Program-made: the position numbers and the translations under genes
In this document: in pieces, positions 1 through 12,757 of the stretch
Position numbering within the stretch: position 1 is the first letter of the stretch
Layout: the number at the start of each line of letters is the position of its first letter
Origin: Octopus vulgaris
Taxonomy: Eukaryota
DNA: 64,000 nucleotides
Reading direction: 5' to 3'
NCBI GenBank assembly: GCA_951406725.2
Contig: OX597840.1
Location: forward strand, 33,046,001 to 33,110,000
Notes under the pieces: generated by a model
The model's input: the letters and a program-made list of their open reading frames with translations, nothing else
Database searches by the model: none
Told to the model about the DNA's origin: nothing

Positions 1-406
1 CAAACACGCCCACACATGCATTGTATAAACAGTCGTACACATTGCATACAGGTACACACAACACATACACATACAAACACCATATGTATATGTACGTGTA
101 TACGTACATATATATACTCCGACACACACACACAGATACATACATCTATACATATACAACGGTCCGTATATTTTAAGTCACTGCGTAGTATTAAAATTTT
201 TTATTTTTCTGTATAAGTCCCAACTCTCGGCATTCAAATGCGAACCCTCAAAAATAGAATAATCCTACTCTTTATCAGGCCCACCCAACGTACCCCACCC
301 CCTTGTAATCACGTCTGTCTGTGCATATGTGTGTGTGTACATTTATGTGTGTATATATATATAGATAAATAGATATACAACATATATATGTGTATATATA
401 TGTTTG

Positions 407-467
<61 letters not shown>

Positions 468-550
468 TAATACAATTATTTTCGTAAAGCTTCCCGTTAT
501 ATATATATATATAGCAGTGGAAACACACACACTATCTTTAATTATGTATT

Positions 551-582
<32 letters not shown>

Positions 583-587
583 CCTGT

Positions 588-635
<48 letters not shown>

Positions 636-1779
636 GTATATATATATATAAATATATATTATATGTATATATATATGTAAGTATATATATATATGTGTGT
701 GTGTATGTCTATATATATATGTAAGTATATATATATACATACACATGTATGTATGTACGTATATGTATGTATATGTGTCTATACATAAATTTGTATGCGT
801 CTACTTTATTTATCTCTCTGTTTTCTCTCTCACTTACTCCCTCTCTACATACATATATGCATACATATACACGCACATGTATATATATAGCATATATATA
901 ACAGATGTGTGTGTGTATGTCTGTATATCAGGTCGGCCTGTGACGGAAAGGCCTGGTCGAGGATTAAGGGTTTCTAGAAAAGGGATTTCAGAAAAGGAAG
1001 AGAAAAAATGGGGACAGACAGGCTCGAAAGAGGGAGACGCAAATAGACAGAAAGAGAGAGAGAGAGAGAGGGGGGAAGACAAAAAGAGAGGAAAAGAGAG
1101 AAAATCAGGAGACGCACTAAGTCTTCAAGTCCACTCCCACTACCACCACCAGCAACAGCAACAACGTTTTACTCCCCTTCCTACGCCTCCCTCTCTCTCT
1201 GTCCTTCCTCCTGCCCTTCCTCTACCAGCCATCCCTTCCTGAACAGCTAAAACCGTTCAGCCGCCATTGAAATGAGGTTTTTTTTCATTGTTATTCTTAT
1301 TTTTTTCCTGTTTTTTTTTTTCCATTTCACTTTACAACCAGCGCCCCCTGTCCCTCCTCTCACTTCGCCTCCACCACCGCCACAGATTCCGCCGCCACCG
1401 TTGCTACAATCTGACTTTCTCTGTATTTCCTCTCCTCCCACCGCTACTCCCTTTTCATTCCCTCCTTCCACACATTTCAATTTCTTACATTTTTTCAGGT
1501 TTTAGGGTTACTTTAGAAATTCTTTTTTTCTCATTCTAATCTTCCTATACCGAGGACTGTTTTCGGGGCTTTCCTTTCTCCATCCCCTTCATGTTCTCCT
1601 TCTTTTTAGGTTTCCTCCTCTTCCTCCTTTTTACATATATTCTTTTATTCCACTTCCACCTCCTCTTCATCCTTTCGCTCTTTCTCCTCATTATTTTTGT
1701 TCTTCAGTCTTCATCTTTCCTTCATTCTCGTTCTCTTCCTTCATCTTTTCTCTTTATTTTTCCACCTCCGTCCTCTTCT

Positions 1780-1870
1780 TTTTTATTTTTCTTTCTGTCT
1801 CATCCTCGTCCTTCTTTTTCTTCTTCTTCTTTTTCCTCTTCTTCTCCTCCTCCTTCTTTTTCTATTCTTC

Positions 1871-1902
<32 letters not shown>

Positions 1903-1938
1903 CTTCTTCTTCTTCTTCTTCTTCTTCTTCTTCTTCTT

Positions 1939-1969
<31 letters not shown>

Positions 1970-2810
1970 TTATTATTATTATTATTACTATCATCATCAT
2001 CATCATCATCATCATTATTATTCTCCTCCTCCTCCTCCTTTTCTTTCTTCTTCGTCGTCTTCTCTCCACCACCACCACCTACTTTCCATCCTCCCCTTCT
2101 TTCTCTTCGTCTCCTTCCACTTCTGTTTTCTACATCTTCCTCTATCCATCCACTTCATCCTCCTAATCCCCTTCATTCGTTTTCTAGATTTTCAGTCGGT
2201 CTACTTCACCTCTTTCTCTTTTTCCTTTTTCTCCCGTCTTTCTCTTTCCTTCTTTCGATCGTTCATTCGTTCTCCTTCCTTTTCTCCCCCCTTTTCACTT
2301 CTCCCTCTTCACCGACCTTATTCGTCACTTCTCCCCTCATCATCGCCATCATCTCTCCTCTTCAACACCATCAATCATCACCTCCACCACCGCAATCATC
2401 ATCATCACAATCATCATCATCATCATCACCATCATCATCATCACCACCATCATCATCATCATCATCATCTTCATCATCATAAACATCATCATCACTATCA
2501 TCATCATCATCATCGTCGTCATCATCATCATCGTCGTCATCATTATCATCATCATCATCATCATCATCGTCGTCATCATCATCATCACCACCATCATCAT
2601 CATCATCATCATCATCTTCATCATCATAAACATCATCATCACTATCATCATTATCATCATCATCATCATCATTATCATCATCATCATCATCATCATTATC
2701 ATCATCATCATCATCATCATCATCATCGTCATAAACATCATCATCATCATCATCATCATCATCGTCGTCATCATCATCATCATCATCATCATCATCACCA
2801 CACCACATCA
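1780..2810. repeat. (CTT)n, (ATT)n and long imperfect (CAT)n microsatellites
   Basis: Trinucleotide runs directly visible; they explain the poly-L/F/M/D ORFs. Confidence 0.95.
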
Positions 2811-2989
2811 TGTCGCCGCCACCATAACCTCAGCCTCCACCGCCATCACTCTTTTTGTCATTTTCTGGGGTTCTTTTTTTCTTTTAAAATAACCCCATCC
2901 CTTCTTTTCACACACACACACACACACAAATACACACAAACTCATACACATACTTAGATACACTGACATACAGATATATATACGCACAT

Positions 2990-3061
2990 AGAGAGAAAGA
3001 GAGAGAGAGAGAAGGGAGAGAGAGAGAGAAGGGAGAGAGAGAGAAGGGAGAGAGAGAGAGA

Positions 3062-3151
<90 letters not shown>

Positions 3152-3170
3152 AGGGAGAGAGGGAGAGAGA

Positions 3171-3204
<34 letters not shown>

Positions 3205-3275
3205 GAGAGAGGGAGAGAGAGAGAAGGGAGAGAGAGAGAGAGAGAGAAGGGAGAGAGAGGGGGAAGAGAGAGAGG
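2990..3275. repeat. (GA)n microsatellite
   Basis: Directly visible. Confidence 0.95.
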
Positions 3276-3659
3276 CATGTAGGGGAATACCATGCCACCC
3301 ATACACACCCCAAACCCCGACTGTAATCCCTAATAAAAACACTTTTAATCCCTCATCCTTTCTCATTCCTCCCACAAAAGCCACCGTACCCTCTTCAGAG
3401 TCACTTCAACTTTCTAGATGCCTCCCTCTCTCTCTTTCTCCCTCTATTTATCTATCTATCTATCTCCTCTGTGGTTCACAATTTGTCTCTCTTTCTTTCA
3501 CTCTCTCTTTCTTTCACTCTCTCTTTCTTTCTTTCTCTTACCCTCTCTCTTCCACCCTCTCTCTCTTTCCCTTTCCTTCTCTTATTCTCTCTTCTCCGTT
3601 TCATACTTTGCTTCTGTTTCGCCCTCTATCCATCTATCAATCCATGTCTCTTTCTCCCT

Positions 3660-3706
<47 letters not shown>

Positions 3707-3730
3707 AATATATATATATATATATATATC

Positions 3731-4135
3731 TTTTACTCTTTTACTCTTTTACTTGTTTCAGTCATTTTACTGCGGCCATGCTGGAGCACCGCCTTTAGTC
3801 AAGCAAATCGACCCCGGGACTTATTCTTTGTAAGCCAAGTACTTATTCTATCGGTCTCTTTTGCTGAACCGCTAGGTGACGGGGACGTAAACACACCAGC
3901 ATCGCTTGTCAAGCAATGCTAGGGGTACAAACACAGACACACAAACATATACACACACACTTATATATATATACGACAGGCTTCTTTCAGTTTCCGTCTA
4001 CCAAATCCACTCACAAGGCATTGGTCGGCCCGGGGCTATAGCAGAAGACACTTGCCCAAGGTGCTACACAGTGGGAATGAACCCGGAACCATGTAGTTGG
4101 TAAGCAAGCTACTTACCACACAGCCACTCCTACGC

Positions 4136-4136
<1 letters not shown>
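3731..4136 (-). mobile_element. tRNA-derived SINE, family A (about 400 bp, internal TA/TG microsatellite)
   Basis: Family consensus has head GGCG(C/T)AGGAGTGGCTGTGTGG (A box), a GGTTCAGTCCC-like B box and tail GGTGCTCCAGCATGGCC...ACTGAAACAAG(TAAAAGAG)n; about 20 or more full/partial copies in window. Confidence 0.9.
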
Positions 4137-4192
<56 letters not shown>

Positions 4193-4210
4193 TTATTTAT
4201 TTATATATAT

Positions 4211-4612
4211 ACTCTCTTTACTCTTTTCACTCTTTTTCCTTGTTTCAGTCATGTGACTATGGCCATGCTGGAGCACCGCCTTTAGTCGAACAAATCGACT
4301 CCAGGACTTATTCTTTGGAAGCCTAATACTTATTCTATCGGTTTATTTTGCCGAACCGCTAATGACGGGGACGTAAACACACCAGCATCGGTTGTCAAGC
4401 GATGTTGCGGGGGCACTAACACAGACACACAAATACACACACATATATATATACATATACATACATACGACAGACTTCTTTCAGTTTCCGTCTACCAAAT
4501 CCATTCAAAAGGCTTTGGTTGACCCGAGGCTATTGTAGAAGACACTTGCCCAAGGTGCCACGTAGTGGGACTGAACCCGGAACCATGTGGTTGGTAAGCA
4601 AGCTACTTACCA
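4211..4612 (-). mobile_element. SINE family A copy
   Basis: Near-identical to the other family A copies, slightly 5'-truncated. Confidence 0.9.
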
Positions 4613-4897
4613 TACACACACACACACACACATTAGATACATACCTACATACATACATACATACATACATACATACATACATACATACATACATACATAC
4701 ATACTTACATACATACATACATATATACGTACATATAAAGATATAGATAGATGATATAGACAGCATGGATATATATACATATAGGCGTGGCTTTGTGTTA
4801 AGAAGATTGCTTCCCAACCACATCAATCCGGGTTCAGTTTCACTGCATAGCACCTTGGGGAATTGTCTCCGACTACAGCCTCGGGCCAAATATGTAT

Positions 4898-5003
<106 letters not shown>

Positions 5004-5878
5004 AGAAAAAAACACCTTTTATCAATTCAAAATGAACAATTAAATTACACCATCGAGAAAATTACATATAATAGAAATAATAAAATTAAAATAACAATAA
5101 AATTCCAATGATAAAGTAAATTGCAAAAAAATAATGAAAACGTATATAATTGGTAGAATAACAACACGTGTTTCGTGGCTATATTTAAGAAATTATTATG
5201 TTGGTACGTTTACGTCCCCGTAACTAGCGGTTCAGCAACAGAGACCGATAGAATTAATACTAGGCTTACAAAGAACAAGTTCTGGAGTTAATTTGTTCGA
5301 CTAAAGGTGGTGCTCCAGCATGACCACAGTAAAATGACTGAAAGAACTATATATATACTTGTATATCTCCCTATCCCTACACACTCAATAATACTATAAA
5401 AAGAGACAAAATTCCTGCAAAAGTTCAATCTGACGACTCTACTAGAGTGGACGAAAGCGCTAATATGATATATGATTTATAAAAACATGTTACATACTAA
5501 TAAATATCTGTAAATATAAAACCATCCAGATTTCTTCTAATATATATATACATATATATAATAATATAGTCACTGTGGCCCGTGTGTAGGAGAGGTGCAG
5601 CCAGAGGGTAAGTGTCTGCAAAGGTAAAAAGTCCAGTGAAGTGTGGTAGAGTATCCGTAGAGGTCCGTAAAAGTAAGAGCTGGTAGTGGTAGAAAAGATA
5701 GGATCCTTTTTTTTTCTCTCCTTGTTTCTCTCCTTGTTTTTTTTCTGTGTCCCTTTCTGTAGAAGAGCGTAGGCTCAAAACGTAAAAGACCTTTTCTATT
5801 CCTGAGTGTTATACTAATACATCTGTTTCTTTGTACACCACCTGCCTTCGTCTTTTGTTTATTTTCGTAAACTTACCC

Positions 5879-5951
<73 letters not shown>

Positions 5952-5954
<3 letters not shown>

Positions 5955-6362
5955 CGCAGGAGTGGCTGTGTGGTAAGTAGCTTGCTAACCAACCACATGG
6001 TTCCGGGTTCAGTCACACTGCGTGGCACCTTGGGCGAGTGTCTTCTACTATAGCCGCGGGCCGACCAAAGCCTTGTGAGTGGATTTGGTAGACGGAAACT
6101 GAAAGAAGCCTGTCGTATATATGTATATATATATATATATGTGTGTGTATATGTTTGTGTGTCTGTGTTTGTCCCCCTAGCATTGCTTGACAACCGATGC
6201 TGGTGTGTTTACGTCCCCGTCACTTAGCGGTTCGGCAAAATAGACCGATAGAATAAGTACTGGGCTTACAAAAGAATAAGTCCCGGGGTCGAGTTGCTCG
6301 ACTAATGGCGGTGCTCCAGCATGGCCACAGTCAAATGACTGAAACAAGTAAAAGAGTAAAAG
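5952..6362 (+). mobile_element. SINE family A, full length
   Basis: Head GGCGCAGGAGTGGCTGTGTGG through to TAAAAGAG tail. Confidence 0.9.
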
Positions 6363-8637
6363 AGGATATATATCTAGGTTTCTTTTCGCCCTCTTTGTCT
6401 TTTTCCTATCTGTATCATCCCCTTCTGACTCTCTGTCTCTCGCTCTCTCTTTCCTCCCCTCTTCTCTCGTTGACTCCGCAGATGCTTAGTTGACCAATTC
6501 ATCATTTGTTCCACCTTCTCCCGCCTCAATTTCAACCCTTTTACCAGACTTATTATTTATTTTACAACACCCCTGTTCCATCCCATCCTTTTCTGCCCCC
6601 CCCCCTTTTTTGTTACCCTGCAACCCAGACGCCCCTTACTATTTCAGTATGTCTGTCCCCCCTCTCTCGCTCTTTCTCTTTCTCTTTCTTTCTCTCTCTC
6701 TCTCTCCATCTCTCTTAACAAGCCCCGGCATTTATACACACTCTTAACAAAACAGGCACACACACACACACACATATATACGAGCCCGTACAATCATACG
6801 TATGTGTACACACACACACATATGCACATACATGCATGTCTATGCAGTCACACACACACACACACAGAGGCTCACATACACACTCACAGTCACATATACG
6901 CATACATATACACATACACACCACACACACAAACACATTCACAAACGCAGATACACGCACACATACACGTACATAAACAAACATACACATACACACACGC
7001 ATATGTATAGACGACGTTAACACCAAGCAAACGCGGGAGTCTCGATTTGTTAGAAATAATAGCTAAATCTCCCTCAAATCACACTCTACTTTTCTAATCA
7101 AAGAACAGACTGGATGCTTTGTACATCAGAAATATACAGGAGGGTCATGGGTGGGACGTCATTAAGTCTTAGCACGGGTGACACGACAAAAATTTTTATA
7201 GGAAGATTCTATGTGGCCCCGTGGTAGAAATAGCAGCCAAATCTCCCTCAAGTCGCACTCCCACACGCCATCTTACAACTTATCTGTTGTCATTTACCTT
7301 TATGTAAATGACAACAGATAAGTTGTAAGATGAAGAATTTGCCCGCAAAGCGAGCACTTTAATCATTCATGCGTGGCCCGGCTATTTTTTACCGATTATC
7401 TTGTTTCGGTCATGCTGTGTCACCGTCTCGAAGAATTTTCGGATCTAATTTTTATCATTCGCAAAATATGCATTTTTTAAAAGACGGTACAAAATCTGAA
7501 AATCGGCTATAATAATGTAGCTTTCCAGTCTCATTGCTTTGAAGGTATGGTGTAGTGGAGAAAAAAATTGGAGGAAAAAGTTAGAGGTTTAAAAATCGAA
7601 AAAATCTGAGTATTTTTAGCCAATAGCGAGACAAATTTTCCGCGTTTTGCGGAGCGATGTCACCTTTAAGGTTGTACCTTGTGAAATTTATAGTTTAGCG
7701 TCTGACCTGTTCCTTGTAGCTTTCTAAATAAACAGAAATACCTAATAAAATGAACATGTATCATCTTACTGCTTCTTTCGTCTCTACATTGATTGAATTT
7801 TTTAATTATTTTTTTTAATTGCTTATATTAATAACGTGTTTACTTTATGCGTATGTCAGTATTATGTATACCTGTCATGTTTTTGTGTACATCATTAATA
7901 TATAAGTGCATGTGGATGTATGTATTCATATATAAGTTTGTATGTACATTTACGCATTCATGTGTGTGTGTGTGTGTGAAGGAGGCGTTTTTCTCCAAAG
8001 TTGAGTAACATTTTCATGCTTGGATTTGTAAACTACAATAAGAATAACCCTGGTCAACCAAGAATTTGCTCCAAGGAACCGAATACCCGTATCTCATATA
8101 TTTTTGCATGCAGAATTCAAAAATAATGTCAAATTATCTGTAACACCCACAGTTTCTCTGTTCCACGATATTCCTCTCAGTTCCTGTTACGTGAGCTAAA
8201 TTTCAGTTAAGCTGTTGAAATGTGAAGCTAACGGTTTAAGAGATACTCCTAATTTAAATGTTTATGAATAGAATTAACCTAGTAAAATCATAAATCCAGC
8301 TATCTGAGTTAATGAGTCCCAAAAATATTGGAAATGAAAAATATGTAAAAATACTAACACACAGAAGCACAGGAAAATATGTAATATTCTAACACAGAAA
8401 AATTAAAACAAAATACGCGGGTGAAAAGTCTAATGGCTGAAACAAGCAAAACGATATAAGAAATATATACATACGTATATATTAATTTGTTTCACACGAA
8501 ATGTCGCATTTTTAATTACTTCTTATTTTAGTCATTAAAAACTCAATTATGTATAACTTGCATTTAATCCTGACTTATTCTTTCTCAACAATATTGGGGT
8601 ACAAAGTTCGTACCCACAGACTTTATGAAAATGATAA

Positions 8638-9062
8638 CAGGAGTGGCTGTGTGGTAAGTAGCTTGCTTACCAACCACATGGTTCCGGGTTCAGTCCCACT
8701 GCGTGGCACCTTGGGCAAGTGTCTTCTACTATAGCCCCGGGGCGACCAATGCCTTGTGAGTGGATTTGGTAGACGAAACTGAAAGAAGCCCGTCGTATAT
8801 ATGTATATATATGTGTGTGTATGTGTGTGTATATGTTTGTGTGTCTGTGTTTGTCCCCCTAGCATGGCTTGACAACCGATGCTGGTGTGTTTACGTAGCC
8901 GTTACTTAGCGGTTCGGCAAAAGAGACCGATAGAATAAGTACTGGGCTTACAAAGAATAAGTTCCGGGGTCGATTTGCTCGACTGAAGGCGGTGCTCCAG
9001 CATGGCCGCAGTCAAATGACTGAAACAAGTAAAAGAGAGTAAAAGAGAGAGAGAGAGAGAGA
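8638..9062 (+). mobile_element. SINE family A inserted near the start of mariner 1 transposase
   Basis: Family A sequence between the left TIR and the transposase coding remnant. Confidence 0.9.
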
Positions 9063-10017
9063 GTAATCAAACTATGTTGAATGGTTTTCTCGTATGAATA
9101 CAAACTGGGTCGCTCTGCCGCAGAAGCTCTACGGAATATCAAGAGGGCCTTTGGTAATGGTTTTGTCGGCCTCCTAACTGTTCAGAGATGGTTCCAAAGC
9201 CCTCGTTCAGGAGATGATAGCCTTGAAAATAAACCAAGGGGTAGGCCAAAATCAGTTATTCCGCATGATGGTTCAAATGCTTTGGTTGAACAAAATCCGA
9301 GAACAACGGTTCGAAAACTTTCATCAGAACTCCAAACATCTCGCACAACTGTTTTTGGAGACCTGTAAAAAATTTGAAAAGTTAAAAAAACGGATAGGTT
9401 TGTTCCACATCAACTGAACGAGATTTTAAAAAATAAGAAAAAACAGCCGCCTCGAAGTGTGCTCCTTATTGCTTTCTCGACTAGTATAAGACCATTTTTG
9501 CATCAAATCATTACATGTGACGAGAAATGGATACTCTTTTACAATAGCAGAACAACACAACGATTAGATGTGGGAGAGTTACCTAAACACTACCCAAACC
9601 CGCCATTTACCCTAAAAACTTAGTGGTCACTATACGGTGGTCTACGAAGGGAGTTATTCCTTATTCAGTTTTGCAACAAGGGAAAACGGTAACAGCAACA
9701 TCGTATTGCCAGAAATTTGATTGTATGCATGAGAATTTGAAAAAGAAGCAACCCAGACTGGTGAATAGAGATGGCCCAATTTTTCTCCACGACAACGTAT
9801 GCCCTCACAACCCTCAAACTACGGTCTAAAAGTTGCGAAGCCTGAATTATGAGATTTTGCAACATCCTCCCTATTCCCCTGATATCTCTTCTACTGATCA
9901 TCACATATTTAAGAATTTTGAGCTTTTCATAAGAAATGAAACATTCTTAAATAGAGAAGAGGTAATTGAAGCATTCGGACAGTTTATCATCACAGCAAAA
10001 TATTAATTGTTTTTTAA

Positions 10018-10301
10018 AGTTAAGTTAATTTTGGGGCTCAAAAAGCAAAGAGCAAGGCCATGTAGGGGGACATGGAGTTATGTACAGGGAGGGTGTTCAT
10101 GCAAAGAGTTCAGGCCATTTCTGGTCAAGAGAGACTTTGAACCGAGCGGTCGTCGGCATCTTTACTATCTCGTCCGGCAGCTTATTCCACGGATCCGCAA
10201 CCCGGACGGAGAAAGCCCCTCTCCTTCGATTGAGATGAAATCGTCGCAGATAGAGCTTTTCGGAGTGACCCCGCAGCCTACACTCTGAAGCAGGAGTGAA
10301 G
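10018..10301 (-). mobile_element. CR1-like LINE 3' fragment (short copy)
   Basis: Highly similar to 10320-10603; (TAACT)n-like tail. Confidence 0.85.
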
Positions 10302-10314
10302 TAGTAGTAGTAGT

Positions 10315-10735
10315 AAGTTAAGTTAAGTTAATTTTTTGGCTCAAAAAGCAAAGAGCAAGACCATGTAGGGGGACATAGAGTTATGTACAGGGAGGGTATT
10401 CATGCAAAGAGTTCAGGCCATTTCTGGTCAAGAGAGATTTTGAACCGAGCGGTCGTCGGCATCTTTACTATCTCGTCCGGCAGCTTATTCCACGGATCTG
10501 CAACCCGGACGGAGAAAGCCCCTCTTCTTCGATTGAGATGAAATCGTCGCAGATACAGCTTTTCGGAGTGACTCCGCAGCCGACGCTCTGGAGCAGGAGT
10601 GAAGAACAGCTCTTTCGAGATGTTACACTTTCCGCTTATGATGTTGTGAGCGAGAATGAGATCTCCACGGCGTCGTCGTTTTTCTAGAGAATAAAGGTCG
10701 AGCGTCTTCAGCCTTTCTTCATAAGACAAATGCAA
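10315..10735 (-). mobile_element. CR1-like LINE 3' fragment (ORF2 C-terminus, 3'UTR and tail)
   Basis: LSYEERLKTLDLYSLEKRRRRGDLI...FSVRVADPWNKLP is typical of CR1-group ORF2 C-termini; 5'-truncated. Confidence 0.88.
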
Positions 10736-10887
10736 GATGGAATACATGACATAGAGAAACGTTGGGTAAAGGTACATGGATAAATGTACATGGATCATAC
10801 TTTGATTAAATAAATCAGTTTTCTAACACTTCTGAAACATTTTATTGTTACCTTTCAAATACATTTCATGTGAAGCAAAGTAAAATA

Positions 10888-12103
10888 TACCAGGTCATTC
10901 CATAAGTTCTGTCCGATTTCACCATTTTTAAAATTGAATGAAATTTAATAGTATTTTATAATATCTAATGGCATTCAAAATTATTTTTATATATTTGTGT
11001 ACATTTAAACTAATTAAATATTATTTTACAGAATAATAGAATTAAAATTTCTTTGATTAAAACCCTTTCTAACATGGAAGTATCCAAAGAGCATTTAAGG
11101 CACATAATGCTTTATGAGTACAAAAAAGGAAACTCTGCAGCCGAAGCGACTCGGAACATACACTCAGTTTATGGGAAATAATGCTTGAATGAAAGAACTT
11201 GCAGAAGATGGTTTGCAAAATTCAGAAGTGGAGATTTCAGCCTTGAAGATGAAGATCGAACAGGACGTTCAGTTGAGTTTGATTATAAGCTCCTTGAGGC
11301 ATTACTCGAAGAAAGCCCTGCATTATCAGTTGAAGAATTGGCAATAAAGCTTAGTTCAAACCATACAACTGTTCATTGTCATCTTCAACAACTTGGAAAG
11401 GTTCCTAAACTTGGGAAATGGGTGCCTCATGAATTGTCCAAAAGCAACCGCAAATCCCGAGTTGACATCTGCTCTTCTTTCCATTCTCGCGAACTTATTT
11501 CACCCTTTTTTGATAGACTTGTGGCTGCTGACGAAAAATGGATTTCCTATCGAAATGTTAAACGTCGTAAACGGTGGCCTGGTAAAAGGGGAAAAGCTCA
11601 ACCACAACCGAGAAGGGAACTTCATGGGAAAAATGTTCTTCTCTCTATCTGGTGGGATTGCAAAAGAGTAATTCACTTTGAATTGTTACCACCTAATGCA
11701 ACAATCAATTGCTCAAGTCTACTGTCAGCAATTAGAGCATTTGAACCAAGCTTTGAAGAAAAAAAGACCCGCTTTAGTGAATCGAAAAGGAGTGATGTTT
11801 CATCAGGACAATGTGCGACTCCACACTGCAAAGATCACATCACAGAAGATCGAAGAGCTTGGTTGGGAAAAAATTCCTCATCCACCTTATTCTCCCGACC
11901 TTGCTCCTTCAGACTACCATTTGTCTCGTAGTTTACAGAATCATTTGGGGGACATAACTTTCGCAAGCCAGGAGGAGGTTGAAACTGACATTTCAGAGTT
12001 CTTCGTTTTGAAACCAAAAGAGTTTTACATTGATGGGATTAAAAAGCTTGTAAATAGATGGAAGGAAGTCATAGATAATCAGGGAAAGTACATTGATGAT
12101 TAA
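10888..12103 (+). mobile_element. Decayed mariner DNA transposon 2 (right TIR not found)
   Basis: Begins TA CCAGGTCATTCCATAAGTTCTGTCCG immediately after the mariner 1 right TIR; near full-length transposase follows. Confidence 0.8.
11074..12103 (+). pseudogene. Mariner DD34D transposase pseudogene (stop at ~11178, frameshift at ~11710)
   Basis: MEVSKEHLRHIMLYEYKKG, WVPHEL, DEKW, HQDNVRLH and HPPYSPDLAPSDYHL motifs. Confidence 0.93.
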
Positions 12104-12757
12104 AACACTAAAACCTCCACGAGGCTCCGGCAGGGGGTAGTGGCGACCCCTGTTGTACTCTTTCTACACAACTTTCTCTCACTCTCTCTTCCTGTTTCTT
12201 GAGTAACACTGCGATGGACTGGCATCCCGTCCAGCTGGGGGAACACATACGCCACAGAAACCGGGAAACCGGGGTTATGAGCCTGGCTAGGCTTTAAAAG
12301 GGCGCAGGAAGTGCAATGGCCCAGTGGTTCGGGCAGCGAGCTCGCGTTCGGAGGATCGTGGTTTCGATTCCCAGACCGGGCGTTATGTGTGTTTATTGAG
12401 TGAAAACACCTAAAAACTCCACGACGCTCCAGCAGGAGTTGGTGGCGACCCCTGTCGTACTCTTTCGCCACAACTTTCTCTTATTCTCTCTTCCTGTTTC
12501 TTGGGCAGCGGGCTCGCGGTCGGAGGATCGCCGTTTCGATTCCCAGACCGGGCAACACCTAAAAGCTTCACGAGGCTCTGGCAGGGAGTGGTGGTGACCC
12601 CTGTTGTACTCTTTCGCCACAACTTTCTCTCACTCTCTCTTCCTGTTTCTTGAGTAACGCTGCGATGGACTGGCGTCCCGTCCAGCTGAGGGGGAACACA
12701 TACGCCATAGAAACCGGGAAACCGGACCCATGAGCCTGGCTAGGCTTGAAAAGGGCG
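12104..12757 (+). mobile_element. Cluster of three partial/rearranged copies of SINE family C
   Basis: Head GCAATGGCCCAGTGGTT...GGTTTCGATTCCC at ~12313; matches 42374-42677. Confidence 0.85.

Larger units (their letters stand above)
9065..10808 (+). pseudogene. Mariner DD34D transposase pseudogene with stops, frameshifts and a LINE insertion at ~10018-10735
   Basis: YEYKLGRSAAEALRNI, TVQRWF, ITCDEKWI, HDNVCPH and HPPYSPDISSTD motifs; C-terminus DGIHDIEKRW...YFD* resumes after 10735. Confidence 0.9.
8478..10889 (+). mobile_element. Decayed mariner DNA transposon 1, interrupted by a SINE and two LINE fragments
   Basis: Imperfect TIRs TATATTAATTTGTTTCACACGAAATGT (~8478) and ACATTTCATGTGAAGCAAAGTAAAATATA (10861-10889) enclose transposase fragments. 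Confidence 0.85.

Noticed and set aside
5873-6193. Recurrent peptides such as [42 protein letters not shown]
   Set aside because: Antisense translations of SINE family A, not a gene family
11074-12103. Domesticated SETMAR-like gene or active transposase
   Set aside because: In-frame stop and frameshift, and no SET domain nearby
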